A stretch of DNA of 52,898 bases from an uncultured Eubacteriales bacterium (GTDB taxonomy: Bacteria; Bacillota_I; Bacilli_A; RF39; UBA660). The first letter of the stretch is position 1; every line of letters starts with the position of its first letter. Location of the stretch: NCBI GenBank assembly GCA_900319955.1, contig ONQM01000015.1, positions 1-52,898 on the forward strand. Direction: 5' to 3'. The notes below the pieces were generated by a model. It did not search any database. It was not told the DNA's origin and saw nothing but the letters and a program-made list of their open reading frames with translations. Both the position numbers and the translations under genes were made by a program. Below, piece after piece: positions 20,690-28,833 of the stretch.

Positions 20690-20972
20690 AATCTTCCTCC
20701 TCACTTTCTTCTTCTTTTTTTCTTTTACCTCCAAATATCTTTTTAATAGCACCACTTAGTCCATAAAGAACTGAGTCACTGATATTTGAAAGGCCAAGGC
20801 TTACTTTGTCAACTGTCTTAAATATTCCATCAAGACTGTCAACTTTCTCTTCAATACTATCTGCTATCTTGTTAGCCTTATCAACAAGTATAACAGCTTT
20901 CACTGCAAGTACTATTAGTACAATTAATAATATGATGCCACACATAGTAAGTATTACTGATAAATCTACCAT
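20682..20972 (-). CDS. DUF948-like small membrane protein
   Basis: 96 aa with an N-terminal TM helix and a helical region. It pairs with the ytxH-like gene, as is common in Firmicutes. Confidence 0.55.
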   Translation of the reverse strand: MVDLSVILTMCGIILLIVLIVLAVKAVILVDKANKIADSIEEKVDSLDGIFKTVDKVSLGLSNISDSVLYGLSGAIKKIFGGKRKKEEESEEEDYE

Positions 20973-20984
20973 CTAATCACCTTC

Positions 20985-22061
20985 CTATTTTTCATTATCG
21001 TACATTGAGTCGATTAAGTCAAATAAATTATCATCATCACTTGACACTTTCTTAATGTTTTTAACATCATTTGACTTATCTTCCTTCTTAGGTGTTCCTT
21101 CTTCATCATCACTATTATTCTCTTTTTTTACTTTTTCATACTCTTCATCTTTTTTAACTCTACTTTTAGTCTTATTAGCATCTATATAATCACTATTATA
21201 TTCAAGACCTAAATCATCATAATACTCTTCTGCATCACCCATAGTTACCTTATTAACAGAAGGTTTATCAGTATTTGTTAAATCAATGAAGTCTTCATCT
21301 ATTGGAGTTTCTTTTTCTTCCTCTTCTTCTTCCCTATCAAGTCCAAGAACTTTCTTTCTAACTTCATCTATATCAGGTTTTTCTACAGGTATTGCTGTTG
21401 TAAGTCTAACTTCTCTTTTTACCTCTTCTTCCTTAGGTTCAGGATCATCAATTATTCCATATACTGGACTAATATTTGGACTAGGTTTAAATCCATGTTT
21501 TTCTTTAGTCTTAGGATATGTTCCATATTCTGATGATGTAAACTTCTTAACATATTCTTCTCTAGAATTAGTTTTATATGGAAGATTTTCATTATAACCT
21601 CCATAAAGCTTAGGCTTCTCTTCTTTTTTAGGCTCTTCCTTTACTTCTTCAGAAACTATTCTATTAACTGCTTCTCTTCTTTCTTCCTTTTCATCACTAT
21701 CAAGAAGAGGAATATCTGCATCAATCTTTGTTCTTTCTTCTTTAGTATCTGTAAAGAAAGAATCATCTTCAGGGAATATAAAATCACTTTTCTTTTCTTT
21801 TACAGGCTCTTCATTCTTTTCTCTTACATCAATTATCTTTTTAGCAACCTGCTCTTCTTCCTCTTCTTCATCATCAAAAGAATCATCGTAATTAGTTACT
21901 TTGACATCCTTAATTCTAGTTTCTTCCTTAATCCTATCAATATTACTTCTAAATTTACTTTTTTCATGTTCCTTTTCTTTCTTTTCCTTTACAGGCTTAT
22001 CAGGAACATCAACATATTCTTCTTCAAATAGTGCATCCTTTAACTTATCAAATAATTTCAT
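20985..22061 (-). CDS. acidic, Glu/Lys/Asp-rich low-complexity protein
   Basis: About 358 aa with an amphipathic N-terminus, MKLFDKLKDALFEEE. No recognisable catalytic domain. Confidence 0.5.
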   Translation of the reverse strand: MKLFDKLKDALFEEEYVDVPDKPVKEKKEKEHEKSKFRSNIDRIKEETRIKDVKVTNYDDSFDDEEEEEEQVAKKIIDVREKNEEPVKEKKSDFIFPEDDSFFTDTKEERTKIDADIPLLDSDEKEERREAVNRIVSEEVKEEPKKEEKPKLYGGYNENLPYKTNSREEYVKKFTSSEYGTYPKTKEKHGFKPSPNISPVYGIIDDPEPKEEEVKREVRLTTAIPVEKPDIDEVRKKVLGLDREEEEEEKETPIDEDFIDLTNTDKPSVNKVTMGDAEEYYDDLGLEYNSDYIDANKTKSRVKKDEEYEKVKKENNSDDEEGTPKKEDKSNDVKNIKKVSSDDDNLFDLIDSMYDNEK

Positions 22062-22072
22062 CAAAAACACCT

Positions 22073-22762
22073 CTAATCGATAAATGAATCTATGTCTATC
22101 ATATCTTCATCACTACTACTTTTTTCAACTCTTGATATAACGTTTTCATTTTCTCTAACATATTCCAAATAACTTCCGCTATTTTTCTTTTTAGATGTAA
22201 ATATATTAAACTCCTCTTCTTTACCACTTGCTGTATTTGAACTATCAAGTTTTAAAATATTATCATTGTATTTTACTGAAGACATAACTTCACACATATT
22301 TATTATAGTATCAGGAATAGCATTCCTTCTACTATATACTTCTATTTTAACATAATTATAGGCTCCATGTAAAAAATATTTTTCATTATCTTTAATTATT
22401 TCTATATAACCATTATGATTTTTACCTTTTATATTCTTATAATAATAATTATTTTTATACTTTTTATAAGAAAGATGAGTCTTATTTATATGAGAAACTG
22501 TATCAACATAAACATAATAAACATTGTTATTCTTATCTCTAAAAACAATATTATTATCATCTTTATAATCAAGTTTTAACCCCTTAGGTATATAAAGAGA
22601 ATATCCTTGGAAATTGCTCCTTTTAACTTTTCTTTCTCCATTAAAATAACTATCTATTACACTATCATAATTATTAACATTAACTTTTCTAATACTACAA
22701 CCTGTTATTAAAAGTGGAATTAATAAAACAAGTATTATCTTTTTTTTCACATGCATCACCAT
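22073..22762 (-). CDS. lipoprotein, unknown function
   Basis: Signal peptide with lipobox LLITGCS. Confidence 0.65.
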   Translation of the reverse strand: MVMHVKKKIILVLLIPLLITGCSIRKVNVNNYDSVIDSYFNGERKVKRSNFQGYSLYIPKGLKLDYKDDNNIVFRDKNNNVYYVYVDTVSHINKTHLSYKKYKNNYYYKNIKGKNHNGYIEIIKDNEKYFLHGAYNYVKIEVYSRRNAIPDTIINMCEVMSSVKYNDNILKLDSSNTASGKEEEFNIFTSKKKNSGSYLEYVRENENVISRVEKSSSDEDMIDIDSFID

Positions 22763-22781
22763 CTATATTACATTATACCAT

Positions 22782-23405
22782 TTATTTAATAGCCTTTAAA
22801 GAATAAATTTTATTTCCATTTTCTGAAAATTTATCTTCATACTCAGTTGTTATTAGATCATCACTATCTTTATGTAAATCAAAAGTCACATCATAAAGAG
22901 TATACTTATGTGCTGAAAGCATTTCAATTGAATATATGAAAAGTTCTTCATTATCTGTACGAATCTCTATTTCTTTCTTATCCTTAAATATTTTTTCATA
23001 CTTATCTAAAAATATAGGACTAGTAAGACGTCTACCTGCTTGTCTTTTCTTTGGCCATGGATCAGAAAAATTTAAAAATAATTTATCTATATCTTTATCA
23101 AAATATTCATCAATCTCTAAAGCATTACCTCTTATAACCTTTAAGTTAAGAACTCCCTCTGGTATCCATTTAAGAGCTCTCGCTAAAATATTATCCTGCT
23201 TTTCAATACCAATATAATTAATATTAGTATTACTAATAGCATTATTATAAATAAACTTCCCTCTTCCCATACCAATCTCAACATATATAGGATTATCATT
23301 ACCAAAAAGCCTATCCATATGTCCTTTGTAGTCTTTTATATTTCTAACAACATAAGAAGATCCATTAATTATTTCTTCTTTATTCTTTAAATTTCTAAGT
23401 CTCAT
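22782..23405 (-). CDS. trmB: tRNA (guanine-N7)-methyltransferase
   Basis: 207 aa containing ..PIYVEIGMGRGKFI.. and ..LNFSDPWPKKRQ.. Confidence 0.9.
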   Translation of the reverse strand: MRLRNLKNKEEIINGSSYVVRNIKDYKGHMDRLFGNDNPIYVEIGMGRGKFIYNNAISNTNINYIGIEKQDNILARALKWIPEGVLNLKVIRGNALEIDEYFDKDIDKLFLNFSDPWPKKRQAGRRLTSPIFLDKYEKIFKDKKEIEIRTDNEELFIYSIEMLSAHKYTLYDVTFDLHKDSDDLITTEYEDKFSENGNKIYSLKAIK

Positions 23406-23470
23406 AATATCACCAAAATAAGTATAACATATTTTTATTAGTTAAACATATATTTTTAAGGGAGGATTAT

Positions 23471-23710
23471 ATGTTTGGAGATAATTTTTTTAAAAAAGTT
23501 GAAAATAAAACAAAAGTTAATAAAGAAACAATTCTAGGTCTAGCTAAAAAACTTCAAAACTCAAATATGAAAGATGAAAAGTCAATAAGAGAAGTAATAC
23601 ATGAGATATCAGGACTTACTGGTAAAGATGTAACAAAAGAAAAAGAAGATAAAATAGTAAATAGTATTCTAAAAGATAAGGTACCTAAAAATATAGATAA
23701 AATGTTTTAA
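23471..23710 (+). CDS. SpoVIF-like small sporulation protein
   Basis: 79 aa. The pattern ..IREVIHEISGLTGKDVTKEKEDKIVNSIL..KVPKNIDKMF resembles stage VI sporulation protein F. Confidence 0.5.
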   Translation: MFGDNFFKKVENKTKVNKETILGLAKKLQNSNMKDEKSIREVIHEISGLTGKDVTKEKEDKIVNSILKDKVPKNIDKMF

Positions 23711-23730
23711 ACAGACTAAACTCTGTTTTT

Positions 23731-24012
23731 TTAAAACAAAGAATCTAAAAAATCATTTATTTTATCATAATTATTATCAGAAATTTCTATAAGCAAATTA
23801 ATTTTATTAATTAAAAAATTTAATTTTTCATTCTTAGAAAACTTAGCATTGGCAGCTTTTATATAACTAAAATAAAAATTATCATTATAACAACACTTAT
23901 CTAATACATTCTCATCTAAATCATATGTAACAAAATTAATATGCTTATTTTTTAATTCACTAATAACCCTACTATAAGAATTAGAGCTAAACCCAAGTTC
24001 ATTATCTTTCAT
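23731..24012 (-). CDS. MutS-domain-I-like protein, C-terminal part
   Basis: 93 aa. The segment ELGFSSNSYSRVISELKNKHINFVTYD fits the MutS mismatch-binding domain pattern (GvP..a...yi.kLv..G.kVai.eQ). Its ATG overlaps the TGA of the upstream 41-aa ORF (ATGA). Confidence 0.4.
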   Translation of the reverse strand: MKDNELGFSSNSYSRVISELKNKHINFVTYDLDENVLDKCCYNDNFYFSYIKAANAKFSKNEKLNFLINKINLLIEISDNNYDKINDFLDSLF

Positions 24013-24134
24013 TTTATATTCAAATAAGTACCATCACCATTATAAGAATAATAAAATATACCACTTTTAACAATAACAAGGCTATCCTCATTATCTTCTT
24101 TATATTTATTATAAAATTTTTCTATTTTATTCAT
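24009..24134 (-). CDS. MutS-domain-I-like protein, N-terminal part (41 aa)
   Basis: My translation reads MNKIEKFYNKYKEDNEDSLVIVKSGIFYYSYNGDGTYLNIK. It fits the MutS N-terminal pattern (Y...K...pd.llf.r.GdFYe.f..DA). It starts 2 nt after the RT stop. Confidence 0.4.
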   Translation of the reverse strand: MNKIEKFYNKYKEDNEDSLVIVKSGIFYYSYNGDGTYLNIK

Positions 24135-24136
24135 AT

Positions 24137-25258
24137 TCATATCTCTAACTTATAAAACTTATTTTTTTCTATAAAAGAATAACAGTCGCACATATTAAAA
24201 TACCCTTGATAACTAGAAAGACTAGTATTATATTTAGCTTTATTATTATGTCTAAAATATCTAAGTCTTTTAGATATTCTTTTCTTTGTCTTACTATTCA
24301 TTATAATAACAAGTTTGTTATTCTTATTTAATAAAAATCTATATCCTAAAAAACTAATACCATTTTTAATAGAATAAATATGAGTCTTTCTCATATTTAA
24401 TTCAAGTTTTTCTTTAGCTAGAAATTCCTTTATTTTTTTATAACAATATTTAAGATACTCTTCATCTTCATGAAGTAAAATAAGATCATCCATATATCTA
24501 ATATAATATTTAATATGTAGTTTTTCTTTTATAAAATGATCTAAGTCATTTAAGTAATAAACCGCTATTATTTGACTAGTCATATTGCCAATTGGAATAC
24601 CTTTATTGAGATTATAATAAGGTATTTCTTTTAATTCCTTTATTTTTTCATTAATATGGGGATTAGAAGACTTCTTTAATCTATCAATTTCTTTATTTAT
24701 TTCATCTTTTATTCTAACATTAGTCTCAAGCCTATTAGTAGTTCCTAGTATTTCTTCTAAAATATTAAGAACATCTTCATCATCAATAAGATTCTTTAAT
24801 TTACTCATTACAATTTCATGATCTATATTATAAAAATATTTTTTTACATCTAACTGTAAAATATAAAAATTAGGATTATTAACTTTAATCTTATTTATAT
24901 ACTTCTTTAAATATTTAATACCAAAGCTAGTACCTTTACCTCTTCTAGTAGCAACATTAGTATCAATAAGTTTAGGTTCAATAAGAGGTAATAAAACTTC
25001 TTCACTAATTAAATGATTAATAATTTTATCAGTTAAACATTCAGACATAATTAATCTATATTTCTTCTCTCTATAAAGAAAAATATTATATTTCTGATGT
25101 TTAAAATTTTTTGATTTTAATATTTCATATATACTCATTACATTTGTAATATAAAAAGATTCAAAATTTACAATTTTACTTTTATACCTAGTAGTTTTTT
25201 TTACATCATTATAAACTCTTTCAATCTTATCAAGATTAAGTATTTTTTGATACAACAT
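24137..25258 (-). CDS. diversity-generating retroelement reverse transcriptase
   Basis: 373 aa. The RT motifs are LDVKKYFYNIDH, IPIGNMTSQ (the [I/L]GxxxSQ hallmark of DGR RTs) and YIRYMDDLILL (YxDD). It has no maturase or endonuclease tail. Confidence 0.88.
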   Translation of the reverse strand: MLYQKILNLDKIERVYNDVKKTTRYKSKIVNFESFYITNVMSIYEILKSKNFKHQKYNIFLYREKKYRLIMSECLTDKIINHLISEEVLLPLIEPKLIDTNVATRRGKGTSFGIKYLKKYINKIKVNNPNFYILQLDVKKYFYNIDHEIVMSKLKNLIDDEDVLNILEEILGTTNRLETNVRIKDEINKEIDRLKKSSNPHINEKIKELKEIPYYNLNKGIPIGNMTSQIIAVYYLNDLDHFIKEKLHIKYYIRYMDDLILLHEDEEYLKYCYKKIKEFLAKEKLELNMRKTHIYSIKNGISFLGYRFLLNKNNKLVIIMNSKTKKRISKRLRYFRHNNKAKYNTSLSSYQGYFNMCDCYSFIEKNKFYKLEI

Positions 25259-25610
25259 TCTTATTGCTCCTTATAACACCATATAAAAGTTTTTTTATAA
25301 TAATTAAAAGTCTAGATATACATTCAAGTTGGTGTTTACTTATATATCTTTTCTTATAACAAATTCTAATATACATATCATACATAGAAAGTTTGACATG
25401 AAAATCTTTTAAATACTTTTCACGTATTCTAGGGCTTCCAGAATTAACATTAAAATAAAATATACATTCAATAAGTTCATATTGTGTCTTTTCAATATTT
25501 TGTTTTAATATAACCTCTTTCTTAGGTAAATTAGGAAGTAAATTATTAAAATAATTAATAAGTTTATTAGTACTGTCAAGTAAATTAAATTTGAACTTTC
25601 CTTCTTCCAT
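25236..25610 (-). CDS. avd: Avd-like accessory variability determinant (four-helix-bundle family)
   Basis: 124-aa basic all-helical ORF. It overlaps the RT start by 23 nt and lies directly 3' of the TR-like block. Size, position and charge fit Avd. The call rests on sequence and context only. Confidence 0.65.
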   Translation of the reverse strand: MEEGKFKFNLLDSTNKLINYFNNLLPNLPKKEVILKQNIEKTQYELIECIFYFNVNSGSPRIREKYLKDFHVKLSMYDMYIRICYKKRYISKHQLECISRLLIIIKKLLYGVIRSNKNVVSKNT

Positions 25611-25920
25611 ATATAAATCTCCATAAAAACCAAAAGATATAGTTTATAGTATTTAAAGATAAAAACCTCTAAATACATCTATATCATATATTCTGACAAT
25701 TAAGTCAAGGAATGAACTTATTTCCAATCTGATTAGGAATCATCTTAAATAAGAATATGTATTAAATATAATTATTTATCCGGACCTTATCAAATCAAAA
25801 AATGAAACACATATAAGACCCACAGATTATATACTAAGTAAACTTAGTATACTACTTCTTCTGACTATCAGACATATCCAATAGTACTCAGTGACACTAG
25901 TAAATTACTAATCGTAGTAA

Positions 25921-26043
25921 GGAAGTTCCGGGCGAACCCCATTCGAGTTAGTCGCGTTATTGTCATCAAGAGCGCCGCCGCCGTTGACGTTGAACACGTT
26001 CGCATTCCAGGTAGAGTTGCCGAAGTTGACATAACCGCCAATC
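25921..26043 (-). repeat. DGR template repeat (TR) candidate
   Basis: A 120-nt block with 66/120 G+C (55%) in flanks of about 25% G+C. The minus strand reads in frame as FWIGGYVNFGNSTWNANVFNVNGGGALDDNNATNSNGVRPE, with 10 AAY codons in 34. The 3' end AATGGGGTTCGCCCGGAA matches the target gene at 26261-26278. Confidence 0.75.
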
Positions 26044-26148
26044 CAAAAGGTTAAACCTGCTTTTAAGAACATCCCTATATTAATCTATATAAAAATGATT
26101 AATACCATATTTTAAATATGTTAACATAAGTTAACAACAAAAATTTGA

Positions 26149-26176
26149 CTTTTTTCGCAAAGAGTTGCGAAAAAAG
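26149..26176 (-). promoter_or_regulatory. perfect 12-bp hairpin with 4-nt loop downstream of the DGR target
   Basis: Plus strand: CTTTTTTCGCAA AGAG TTGCGAAAAAAG. It lies 15 nt 3' of the frame-B stop of the target. It has no T-tail in either orientation, so it is not a standard terminator. Confidence 0.6.
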
Positions 26177-26191
26177 GATATTAGTCTTCGT

Positions 26192-27176
26192 CTATCCTAC
26201 AGTGTAAGGATTAGAAGAAGTACCATCTCCTCCTGTTATTGCATCTGCCCTCAGATTTATGACCGGGCGAACCCCAAGTAGGTGTCATAGTCCAGTATTC
26301 TGTTCCAATATTTGCATAATTAGTAGCTCCTTTTGTATAATTTGCAGCTCCATCAAATACTCCACCGGATGCACCTGCTAAAATTACTTCATCTGAAGTC
26401 ATTAATCCAATTGGATAAGTTAAAGCTTTATTTCCTTTAGATGAAGATGAAACAGTATATAAATCATTTACTTGTCTACATTTTAAACTTGGTTCACTAA
26501 ATACTGTACGAGTATAACCATCATAATATGTAGTTAAATTACTGTATCCGTAATAAGATCCAGATCTTGATCTATCACCACAGAATCCTGCATCAGTTGA
26601 AATATATTTTGCATAATTTGTAAGATTTTGTTGATACCAATTATCAACTGCTTGTTTTATTACACTAGAATTAGTGTTTTTAGTTGCTTCATCATATGAG
26701 CTTGCACCTACTTTACCATACATATAAAATGCATTAGCATTATCTGAATAAGATGTATTAAACTGACTATTAGTACCTGTTGTACCATTAAGAACAATTC
26801 TAACAGTCTTATCACCATTAACTCTAATTACTCTCCATATTTTACCCGCAAAAGAAACATAATTATTAGATGAATTACCTCTAAAGTAATAGCTTGTTCC
26901 ATCATCATCGTCCATTGCATAAACGCCTTCCTCTGATGTTGCAGTTTTAAAGTCAGGTGTTCCTTCACTAACTTTAAATGTTAAACCAGAAAGATTATGA
27001 ATAGTAGCTCCTGCAAGATTTTTTGAAACTGTCATTTTAATACTATTATTAGTTGTAACTTCTTTTGAAAAAGTAGCATGAGAAGAAGGAAGAAGTCTAG
27101 TAACTACACTTCCTAAAACAAATGCAGAAACTGCTAAAATAATCATCTTATTTTTACTCCACTTTACACTTTTCAT
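26192..27176 (-). pseudogene. secreted DGR target protein, frame broken at the variable-repeat position
   Basis: Track ORF 26211-27176 has a SipW-type-like signal (..LLPSSHATFSKE..), a YYFRG..WRVIRV.. domain, and ends ..EYWTMTPTWGSPGHKSEGRCNNRRRWYFF*. The other frame from 26284 reads HLLGVRPVINLRADAITGGDGTSSNPYTVG* (stop at 26194-26192). That looks like the genuine C-terminus and is the frame used by the TR. Confidence 0.7.
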
Positions 27177-27210
27177 TTTATCACCATATCCTCGCTAACA
27201 TAACAATATC

Positions 27211-27227
27211 AAAAAAAAAAAAAAAAA
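27211..27227. repeat. A17 (T17 on minus strand) homopolymer tract
   Basis: Read directly from the sequence. It lies 35-51 nt upstream of the target-gene ATG (27176), between TTGCTT and TATTGT on the minus strand. Confidence 0.85.
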
Positions 27228-27357
27228 GCAATATTTTTAGGAATAAAAAGTGTAAAGTAAATAAATTAAATTTAAAAAATTATTGAAAAAATAATTTAAT
27301 TATACATGAATATTTAAAATAATTATTCATAAAATTAATTAGACAGGAGAAGATGTT

Positions 27358-28833
27358 ATGGAAAAACAAGAAATTATAAAGAATATTATTGAACGTTCTG
27401 GTGGAGATATCTACCTAGGTGTTGTAGGAGCGGTTAGAACTGGTAAATCAACATTCATAAAGAAAGTTGCAGAAAACCTAATAATACCTAACATGAACGA
27501 TGAATATGAAAAGAAAAGACTTTTAGATGAACTACCACAATCTGCTAAAGGTAAAATGATAATGACAACAGAGCCTAAATTTGTACCAAGTAAGGCTGCA
27601 AACATTAAAATAGATAACTTTAATTGTAAAGTAAGACTAATAGATTGTGTTGGCTTTGCAATTAATGGTGCAGATGGACTAACAGTAGATGGAGCACCTC
27701 GTATGGTTAAAACACCATGGTATGATGAAGAAGTACCATTTGTAGAAGCCGCTGAAATAGGAACAGAAAAAGTAATCAAAGAGCATTCAACAATAGGAAT
27801 AGTTCTAACAACAGATGGATCAATTGGAGAGTTTACAAGGGGAGACTACCTAGAAGCAGAAGAAAAAGTAATAACAGAACTAAAAGAAATAAATAAACCA
27901 TTTATAGTTGTTTTAAATACAACACATAAAGAATCTAAAGAAACAGAAAAAATAAGAAAAAGCATTGAAGAAAAATATAATGCAACAACACTTGCAATAA
28001 ACATTGAAACAATGAATAAAGAAGATATGTATACTATACTTAAAGCAGCACTCTATGAATACCCAGTAACAGAAATAAAAGTATCTATGCCAGACTGGAT
28101 TGGAATACTAGATTCACATCATGAAATAAAGAAAAAATACATGGATGAAATAAGAAAAAGTGTTATAAACGTTGATAAACTAAAAGATGTAGAAAAAATA
28201 AATAGTAACTTTGAAAAATGTCCTGAAATAGAAAAAGCATTTGTAAAAGAAATAGATCCTAAAACAGGTACAGTTACAATAGAGCTCCATGCACCTAATA
28301 ACCTATTTGATAAAACACTAAAAGAAATAATGAATATAGATGTTAAAACAAAAGCAGATTTATTAAAAGTATTCCAAGAATTTAACATAGCAAAATCGGA
28401 GTATGACAACATAAAATATGCTTTAAAGATGGTTAAAGAAACAGGATATGGAGTAGCAATACCTAAAATAAACGATATGAAAATAATAAAACCTGAAGTT
28501 GTAAAAGAAGGAGCAAGATATGGAGTTAGAATAAAGTCAGTCGCTCCAACTATTCACTTAATAAAAGTAAATGTAGAATCAACCTTTGAACCAATTATAG
28601 GTAGTGAAAAAGAATCAAAAGAATTAGCAGATAACCTTCTTAAAAACTATAAAGACAATAAAGAAAACTTATGGAATAGTGAAATATTTGGAAGAACAAT
28701 TAATAATATAGTAGAAGAAGGAGTAAAAGCTAAAATAAATATGATGCCAGATAATATAAGATATAAACTAGGTAAAACAATAACTAAAGTAGTAAATAAA
28801 GGATCAAATAACTTAATAACAATAGTTATATAG
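27358..28833 (+). CDS. spoIVA: stage IV sporulation protein A
   Basis: 491 aa with an N-terminal Walker A (GVVGAVRTGKSTFIKK) and the full-length SpoIVA pattern. Confidence 0.9.
   Translation: MEKQEIIKNIIERSGGDIYLGVVGAVRTGKSTFIKKVAENLIIPNMNDEYEKKRLLDELPQSAKGKMIMTTEPKFVPSKAANIKIDNFNCKVRLIDCVGFAINGADGLTVDGAPRMVKTPWYDEEVPFVEAAEIGTEKVIKEHSTIGIVLTTDGSIGEFTRGDYLEAEEKVITELKEINKPFIVVLNTTHKESKETEKIRKSIEEKYNATTLAINIETMNKEDMYTILKAALYEYPVTEIKVSMPDWIGILDSHHEIKKKYMDEIRKSVINVDKLKDVEKINSNFEKCPEIEKAFVKEIDPKTGTVTIELHAPNNLFDKTLKEIMNIDVKTKADLLKVFQEFNIAKSEYDNIKYALKMVKETGYGVAIPKINDMKIIKPEVVKEGARYGVRIKSVAPTIHLIKVNVESTFEPIIGSEKESKELADNLLKNYKDNKENLWNSEIFGRTINNIVEEGVKAKINMMPDNIRYKLGKTITKVVNKGSNNLITIVI

Noticed and set aside
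26277-26390. The 102 nt upstream of the 18-nt match in the target as a highly mutated VR. A shared GCAGGT lies 102 nt upstream in the target and 119 nt upstream in the TR.
   Set aside because: Position-by-position comparison shows mismatches at TR G, C and T positions throughout, not just at adenines. Only the last 18 nt obey the DGR rule.
27411-27779. Antisense or shadow ORFs in the six-frame track. Examples are 27411-27779, 28119-28412, 33245-33712, 46302-46718, 20463-20759, 21286-21597, 8276-8584 and 39016-39270.
   Set aside because: Each lies entirely inside a strongly supported gene on the opposite strand. They have low-complexity or hydrophobic junk composition and no Shine-Dalgarno. 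This is typical of AT-rich genomes.
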